DNA of 64,000 nucleotides from an uncultured Planctomycetota bacterium (GTDB lineage Bacteria; Planctomycetota; Planctomycetia; Pirellulales; Lacipirellulaceae): the NCBI GenBank assembly GCA_963719315.1, contig CAVRBU010000011.1:1-64000 (forward strand), read 5' to 3'. Positions 60,322 to 64,000 of this stretch are shown one piece after another. The notes under the pieces were generated by a model. The model did not search any database, had not been told where the DNA came from, and worked only from the letters and a program-made list of their open reading frames with translations. Numbering within the stretch: position 1 is the first letter of the stretch; every line of letters begins with the position of its first letter. The position numbers were made by a program, and so were the translations under genes.

Positions 60322-60420
60322 CAGGAGTTCCAAGTTCAGACAAAGAAGAGCGGGAACACTTATCTTCGCTAATTTCCGCTGATTCGGAATTAGCGGAGAT
60401 TAGTGAGAATTAGCGTTCCT
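60322..60420. repeat. Partial inverted copy of MITE C (61332-61472) with CTAAT/ATTAG arrays
   Basis: CAGGAGTTCCAAGTTCAGACAAAGA...TAGCGTTCCT is the diverged reverse complement of 61375-61472. Confidence 0.8.
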
Positions 60421-60446
60421 ACTTTTCTTCCCCTCCTTTCTCACAT

Positions 60447-60648
60447 GGTGAGTTTTGCGCCAGGGCATCGCGCAATGGAAGTTGCAAGTCGTTGGGGGGC
60501 AAGGGAGTACGATTGTGCGAACGCATGAATATTTTTTTTCAAGTGCAAAACTCCTCCTTTTTGCGCGGCGCTCGGGCGGCGAACTGCTGGAAATCTAGTA
60601 GTTCGAGCGTGCGAGTGCCGTGCAAAAGTGGGCGAGTTAGCTCTCTAA
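60447..60648. repeat. Inverted copy of the 819-1020 element
   Basis: Colinear conserved blocks, see 819-1020. Confidence 0.8.
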
Positions 60649-61060
60649 ACAGCCGTTTTCTGGCACGATTTAGCGGTTCGCCAGAGCGGTCGAGCCTTGA
60701 AAATGTGGCGATTCTCGCGGCGTTTTGAGCTGTTCCGGCTCTTCGGCCAACTCTGGGCAAAAAGGCGCGAGCGGGCGGCAGACTATTCTTGCCGCCGATG
60801 AACGCAGATGCGCGCGAATTCCAACGCGCGGCAAGGGTGCTGCGCGCGTTTCAGGCACAGCCTGAGCTACCTGGGAAAAGTCGCTATGCTTGATTGTCAA
60901 AGAGCGATGGCTGGGGTACAGCGTGGTAGGCAGCGTAGCACACTTGTATACGGAGTTCCACACTTATTTTTGGCCAGATGCAGCGTGTCGTTTTCCTTTA
61001 GGATCGGACGACAGGACCGCGTCGATCATTGCAAACCACAAATCTACAATGGTTTCGGAG

Positions 61061-61134
61061 AGCGCACCGGCAGGACTCGAACCTGCAACCCCTGGTTCCG
61101 AAGACCAGTGCTCTATCCATTGAGCTACGGACGC
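61061..61134 (-). tRNA. tRNA-Arg(TCG); apparent extra base in the 3' acceptor strand, no encoded CCA
   Basis: GCGTCCGTAGCTCAATGGATAGAGCA-CTGGT-CTTCGGA-ACCAG-GGGTT-GCAGG-TTCGAGT-CCTGC-CGGTGCGCT. Confidence 0.9.
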
Positions 61135-61218
61135 GGAGAAATGTTTTGTAACGAGTTTCTTCGATCCTTTTTCTCGCCGGGCTCGCGCTTACACCCGCTG
61201 TACTAGTTGGATGTAAAA

Positions 61219-61518
61219 AACAAAGTGAAAACCGCCAAGAGCGTCAAATATTCAATTATTGCAATTAATGCGCGCGAAGCTGTCGGAACGGCCACTCGCA
61301 GACAAACTGCTTGCCAAGTTGTATTCTCACCCAGTACTTCCAAGTTTTGAGACTGCCGAGGAAATGAATGACTGAGGAACGCTAATTCTCACTAATTTCC
61401 GCTAATTCCGAATCAGTGGAAATTAGTGAAGATTAGTGTTCCCGGCCTCTTTGTCTGAACTTGGAACTACTGTCACTGCATTACTTGGCGATCTTGGCGG
61501 TTCCTTTTTCAGTTTGAG
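61219..61518. mobile_element. MITE family A copy 3 (reverse orientation, diverged) containing nested MITE C
   Basis: CAAAGTGAAAACCGCCAAG...CTTGGCGGTTCCTTTTTCAGTTTGAG. Confidence 0.75.
61332..61472. mobile_element. Nested MITE C (TIR CAGTA(C/G)TTCCAAGTT, possible 5-bp TSD TCACC/TCACT)
   Basis: TIRs match at 14/15 positions; internal CTAATT/AATTAG palindromic array. Confidence 0.75.
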
Positions 61519-61965
61519 GCATAAAGGAAGTATTCGCTGCCGCCGAAAAGGGCGACGATGCTGGGATAGGCTTTAATTCTACTGGGCGTCAGCCCCGCCG
61601 CAAGCAGCCGAGCAAAGGCTTCCGCCTCGGCATTCACACGCACACCAGTGATTGGATACGCAAGGTACGCGAGCCGGACGATTTCATTGGCAGCAGCGGG
61701 CGTCCGTCCAGCGATGAACCCGGCGCGACCCCGGCTAGACGCCGGTTGTATCCGCCGCCAAGGCCATCGCCGTCCCTTTTCTCATCTGACTGCTTCTGTC
61801 ACGCAGACGCTATACTGCGGCTATGTCGTTTTGGTTCTACGGCAAAAAGCGAGGCGGTCGCCAAAGCTTGTATTCGGTGAGTGTACCGATCTTTATCTTT
61901 CCAGTACTTATCGGGGTGGTTGTAGCCGCTGTCATTACCTTAATCCGTGGCTGTTCAGGCGGCTG

Positions 61966-62304
61966 ATGCTCCGCTTCTTTCGCTACCTGCGAATCGCGTT
62001 CTCTGCAACGTGTGGTATCGCATGCCTGCTGCTAATTTAATTGTGGATGAGGAGCTGCACTTGGTGTGACCTGATACAGTTCGACCTACACTGGTACGGG
62101 TATTTGGTTTCTTCCCGCGGCGAGTTGCGTTGCGAAATAGACCGCCCAAAACCTTATCAAACAGAAATACAATTTTGGACTGGGTCTTGCTGCGCCGGAC
62201 GGTCCTCGTCTTTCGATATAGAAGCTAATTTTCCTAAAGCACTAACTTACCAGTGCCCACGTACTGAATCGGAACCGACCGCGAGCAACCAACTTGCAGA
62301 TTGA
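61966..62304 (+). pseudogene. Degenerate small membrane protein gene (in-frame stop at 62038-62040)
   Basis: MLRFFRYLRIAFSATCGIACLLLI*LWMRS resembles a common planctomycete N-terminus. Confidence 0.5.
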
Positions 62305-62317
62305 AGGCGGTGAACGC

Positions 62318-62737
62318 ATGCAAATTGACGAACGATGGGATCGACTCAGTGACGAGGATTGGTCGAACTTTGCACGCGATTGGGTTCAGCAGTTGCGCCA
62401 TGGTTGGCAGGAGGGTGATCGCGACTGGGATGAATCCGTCACGATGATGAACTTCACTGCCCGACCAGAACAACAATGGAAGTTTATTATTGCAGCTGTC
62501 GGTCACGCCCAATCAGATGATGAATTAGGACTCATTTCGGCGGGACCGATTGAACATCTATTGGGTTGGCATGGAGAGCAGTACATCGCGAAAATCGAAT
62601 CTCAAGCGGCCACCGACTCTAAATTTGCTAAGGCCGTGACTGGAGTTAGGAAGTACCGAATGGCTGACGAGATTTGGGACCGCGTGCAAGTGATTCAGCA
62701 GCTAGCCGAGCCTCTAAAATTATCGGGGAACGCCTAG
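62318..62737 (+). CDS. DUF6869-like hypothetical protein
   Basis: PEQQWKFI, AGPIEHLL, IESQAATDSKF; family assigned from memory. Confidence 0.65.
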   Translation: MQIDERWDRLSDEDWSNFARDWVQQLRHGWQEGDRDWDESVTMMNFTARPEQQWKFIIAAVGHAQSDDELGLISAGPIEHLLGWHGEQYIAKIESQAATDSKFAKAVTGVRKYRMADEIWDRVQVIQQLAEPLKLSGNA

Positions 62738-63082
62738 CAATTCGCCACAGTTGACCCGCCAGCAAAGTGACGGCGTTGCCGCTAAGTAGTCGATAGCCGA
62801 GCGACCGGACACCTTCTCCCCTATCCTATTGAATCTTCCGCCCACTCTCGACTCGCGTTGCGCGTGGCCCTACGTGGCGGAGCGTACGCAAAATCGCATA
62901 GTTTGCAAAATCGGGGAGCTACACCTCCCGCTGCTTAGAGTCTTCCCATCGCGCTCCCCGCGTTCGATCGGGCGTATCTACGCCAGCATCGCGTTCTATT
63001 GATAACTACGCCGCGAAAGAGACTATATGGGAGGCCTCTCCGAGGCCGCTGCCGGCAGCGGTTCGCACCGGGCGGTGTTGGC

Positions 63083-64000
63083 TCAGTCCACGCCACTACG
63101 CATCATTTTCGGAAACGTGAGTGCCATGCCGGTGACGAACATGAGCGCTCCAAAATACGCTGGGGCCAAATGGGTCAGGCTCAAATAGCCGATCGGGAAA
63201 TGGACGCCGATGGCCGTGCCGAAGCCGGCGACGCCCGTAATGGCGAGCGCTTGCCATAAGCTGCGTGTGGGGGGACTGCAGTAGATGCAAAGAAACATCG
63301 TGAGGCCGCAGCAGCAAACGCCGCCGCCGAAGCCGGCGCGGTCGTGCGCGATCAAAGGGATGAGCCGCGGGTTCACGGATTGTAAATCCGCTGGAACGAT
63401 GTGCATGAAATCCAAGTCCTGCGGAACGAACACGCTGGTCATGCCGACCGTCATGATGATCACGCCGCCCAGGACGAGGCAAGCGGATATGAACATCAGC
63501 AGTAATCGGCCGACGCCGAATGCAGTTCGTAAGTTGGTCGACGAACCGGGGCGAAGCAATTCACGAGCCGACGGCAGCGGGCGGATCAATCCGCGAGATT
63601 TGTACAGCCCTCCCGCGAATACCGGCAACAGCACGAGTGTAGCGCTGCCATGCCACGTATCGAGATAACCGTAACCGAGATACGCCAGAAAACTGGCAAA
63701 CCCGATCGCGCCGCTGGAGAGCAGCGTCCACCAGGCCCACGGCTGATGGGCTTGAAGTGGAAACTCCGCCAACCACAGGTAAAGCGTGCCGACGCCCAGA
63801 ATGGCGCCGCCGAACGAAACGCGATCGTGCATCATGAAATGCACGAGGCGCCCGCCGGCGATCGAGTGCAGTTGATCGGCATTCATGCCAAGAAAGGCAA
63901 TGTCGTGCGGCAGGAAATGCCCCGTTGCCGCAAGGAAAAATGCGAATAGGCCGGAACCAATGAGCGCAATGCCGGTCAATTTCAAGAGCGGGCGGCCGTC
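63083..64000 (-). CDS. Multi-pass membrane protein with an internal duplication (HDRVSFGG / HDRAGFGG), 5'-truncated by the window edge
   Basis: Two similar TM modules: FLPHD...HDRVSFGG...GYLDTWH and FVPQD...HDRAGFGG...GYLSLTH. Confidence 0.75.
   Translation of the reverse strand, partial: DGRPLLKLTGIALIGSGLFAFFLAATGHFLPHDIAFLGMNADQLHSIAGGRLVHFMMHDRVSFGGAILGVGTLYLWLAEFPLQAHQPWAWWTLLSSGAIGFASFLAYLGYGYLDTWHGSATLVLLPVFAGGLYKSRGLIRPLPSARELLRPGSSTNLRTAFGVGRLLLMFISACLVLGGVIIMTVGMTSVFVPQDLDFMHIVPADLQSVNPRLIPLIAHDRAGFGGGVCCCGLTMFLCIYCSPPTRSLWQALAITGVAGFGTAIGVHFPIGYLSLTHLAPAYFGALMFVTGMALTFPKMMRSGVD

Overview
This window is high-GC Planctomycetota DNA, most likely Pirellulales/Lacipirellulaceae-like. 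The assignment rests on PVC-type CxxCH, TIGR03009, planctomycete extracellular signal, dockerin-like and PEP-CTERM proteins. Positions 1-26.4 kb hold housekeeping and envelope genes, a FitAB/VapBC toxin-antitoxin pair, a sulfatase, secreted proteins and the left half of an acyl-CoA catabolic cluster. Positions 26.5-48.4 kb form an accessory island. It carries a DEDD exonuclease, a chimeric IS630-like transposase, two near-identical IS110/IS1111-type elements, a large secreted sugar dehydrogenase, an ackA-phosphoketolase-H+ P-type ATPase cassette and interlocking repeats. Positions 48.5-56.6 kb hold an operon of B12 mutase, MeaB, carboxyltransferase, AtuA and acyl-CoA dehydrogenase; the mutase has isobutyryl-CoA-mutase-type specificity residues. 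The rest contains an ABC exporter with a CPBP-protease-fused permease, nested MITEs and tRNA-Arg(TCG). The strongest finding is that the IS110 3' non-coding region folds into a two-loop bridge-RNA-like structure. Its four guide segments match the target and donor halves at the insertion junctions, and an unoccupied candidate target sits at about 47750. Many genes carry 1-2 bp frameshifts, probably sequencing or assembly errors.
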